DNA from: an uncultured Clostridia bacterium
GTDB lineage: Bacteria; Bacillota; Clostridia; TANB77; CAG-508
Reading direction: 5' to 3'
Assembly: GCA_944386365.1 (NCBI GenBank)
Contig: CALXAT010000003.1
Coordinates: 12,407-76,406, forward strand
Length of the DNA: 64,000 nt
Positions 63,020-64,000 of the stretch are shown in pieces. Within the stretch, counting starts at the first letter, position 1, and every line of letters starts with the position of its first letter. Below the pieces are notes generated by a model that was given only the letters and a program-made list of their open reading frames with translations, had not been told where the DNA came from and made no database searches. A program made the position numbers and the translations under genes.

Positions 63020-64000
63020 GGTAAATCTCCCTCTATTTTAACTTTAATAACATTGTTTTCTTGTTGTCCTGAAGTAGAAATTACATTTGTTAAATACATA
63101 CCTGTATCTAATTTTGCTTTAAACATACCTAGCTGTTCATATTTATTAGATTGTGCTTCTATTACTATATGTGTTCCTGTTGTATTTTGTATTGAAGTAA
63201 TTTGTACATTTTCAGGTATTATAAACATAATAGAATCTAATAGGTTTGGTATGGCATCTCTTGTTTTACTTGCATCTGTAATTCTATCATTTAAATCTTG
63301 TAAATTTTGAATCATTTCTGTATAATCATTTGTCCTTGAATCAATTTTGGTTTTATCATTATCTACCAATTGAATTTGGGCATTTGTATGACTTATGGAT
63401 TCTTGTGCTTGTTGTTCTTTACTTTCCATCTGATTTTTTAATAATACAGAAAATCCACTATAGATTACAAATAATAATAATAATCCTGCAGCTGTTCTCA
63501 ATAAACTGATTTCTGTTTTATCTAACTTTTCTCCTAAATCATTTGTAAACCAACCAGCCTTTGCTAATTTTCCTTTTTTTTCTTTACCTGGTGTAACTTC
63601 TATTTTTAACCAATCTGGAATTTTATCATAAAAATTTTGTTTCTTAAAGTTAATTCCTTGTATACCTTGACCTAGCCCTGATAAAGCTAGAGAAATGGCT
63701 GAATTTACCTCTATATAATCTTGTATACTAATATCTTTGGTTGGATTAATGAAATATGGTTTTAAAATTTCACAATCTATTTCACTTAAATATTCTTGGA
63801 AGTATAAATCCAAATTGTTTATTAGTGTTGCTGTTCCTGTTAAATATACTTTTGTGATTTTTTCTTCGCTTTCATTTATAATTTTTCTTACATTTCCTAC
63901 TATATTATATAATGTTGGCATAATATCCTCAAGATAACCAATTTCTGATTCTTGAAGATCTTTTCCTTCTGATGTATATATTGTTGTGTTCTTACATATT
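63016..64000 (-). CDS. PilM-PilN fusion protein (5' end beyond the window)
   Basis: The reading frame is open to the window edge. It has a PilM-like actin-fold C-terminus (VYLTGTATLINNLDLYFQEYL), then a TM helix (LLRTAAGLLLLFVIYSGFSVLL) and a PilN-like coiled-coil/ferredoxin domain. There is a 4-nt overlap with the pilO-like gene. Confidence 0.7.
   Translation of the reverse strand, partial: ICKNTTIYTSEGKDLQESEIGYLEDIMPTLYNIVGNVRKIINESEEKITKVYLTGTATLINNLDLYFQEYLSEIDCEILKPYFINPTKDISIQDYIEVNSAISLALSGLGQGIQGINFKKQNFYDKIPDWLKIEVTPGKEKKGKLAKAGWFTNDLGEKLDKTEISLLRTAAGLLLLFVIYSGFSVLLKNQMESKEQQAQESISHTNAQIQLVDNDKTKIDSRTNDYTEMIQNLQDLNDRITDASKTRDAIPNLLDSIMFIIPENVQITSIQNTTGTHIVIEAQSNKYEQLGMFKAKLDTGMYLTNVISTSGQQENNVIKVKIEGDLP

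Noticed and set aside
1-64000. Mobile elements, prophage remnants, tRNA/rRNA genes and CRISPR arrays.
   Set aside because: I recognised no transposase, integrase or recombinase ORF, no tRNA-like GC-rich cloverleaf segments, and no spacer-repeat arrays. The foreign-looking islands lack any visible mobility gene or flanking direct repeat.

Overview
Low-GC Firmicute (Clostridia-like) chromosomal segment. Hand counts give about 15% G+C in a spacer line and about 28% in a housekeeping coding line. The window is almost fully coding, and I saw no rRNA, tRNA, CRISPR array, transposase or integrase.

Left part: an MBL-fold hydrolase, relA, recJ, a frameshifted M20 amidohydrolase, and a divergent PNAG-like deacetylase/GT2 synthase pair. 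These are followed by a compositionally foreign HD-domain gene (about 47% G+C), a nucleoside-phosphorylase-family gene, feoAB, asd and glmM.

Centre (about 18.8-39.1 kb, minus strand): a Wzx/Wzy-type capsule or exopolysaccharide locus. It encodes LCP, VanZ, an initiating sugar transferase, a GT2-GT4 fusion, a D-glucuronyl C5-epimerase-like protein, GT2, Wzy, an acyltransferase, Wzx, Ugd and a secreted beta-helix/dockerin-like protein, then Wzz, a BY-kinase and a PHP phosphatase. The locus is interrupted by a self-contained cassette of HigA-type HTH + large ABC-type ATPase + HNH nuclease (21.7-25.0 kb). This cassette has its own promoter and flanking terminators. It is my best candidate for a Septu-like or novel-variant anti-phage system.

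Right part: an 11-residue-repeat protein, argS, a second GC-rich mini-island, deoD, greA, pgsA and ctpA. Then come three tandem coiled-coil M23 peptidases behind ftsEX, a lone transketolase C-terminal subunit and a ROK glucokinase. A full type IV pilus cluster follows and runs off the right edge: pilMN, frameshifted pilO-like, unknown, two tandem pilins, pilD, two minor pilins, pilB, pilT, pilC.

Other oddities include a 43-nt intergenic element present twice 53 kb apart, whose 14-mer core recurs in a terminator loop. The pilins also lack the canonical Glu5.

All family calls are by eye from motifs; no searches were run.
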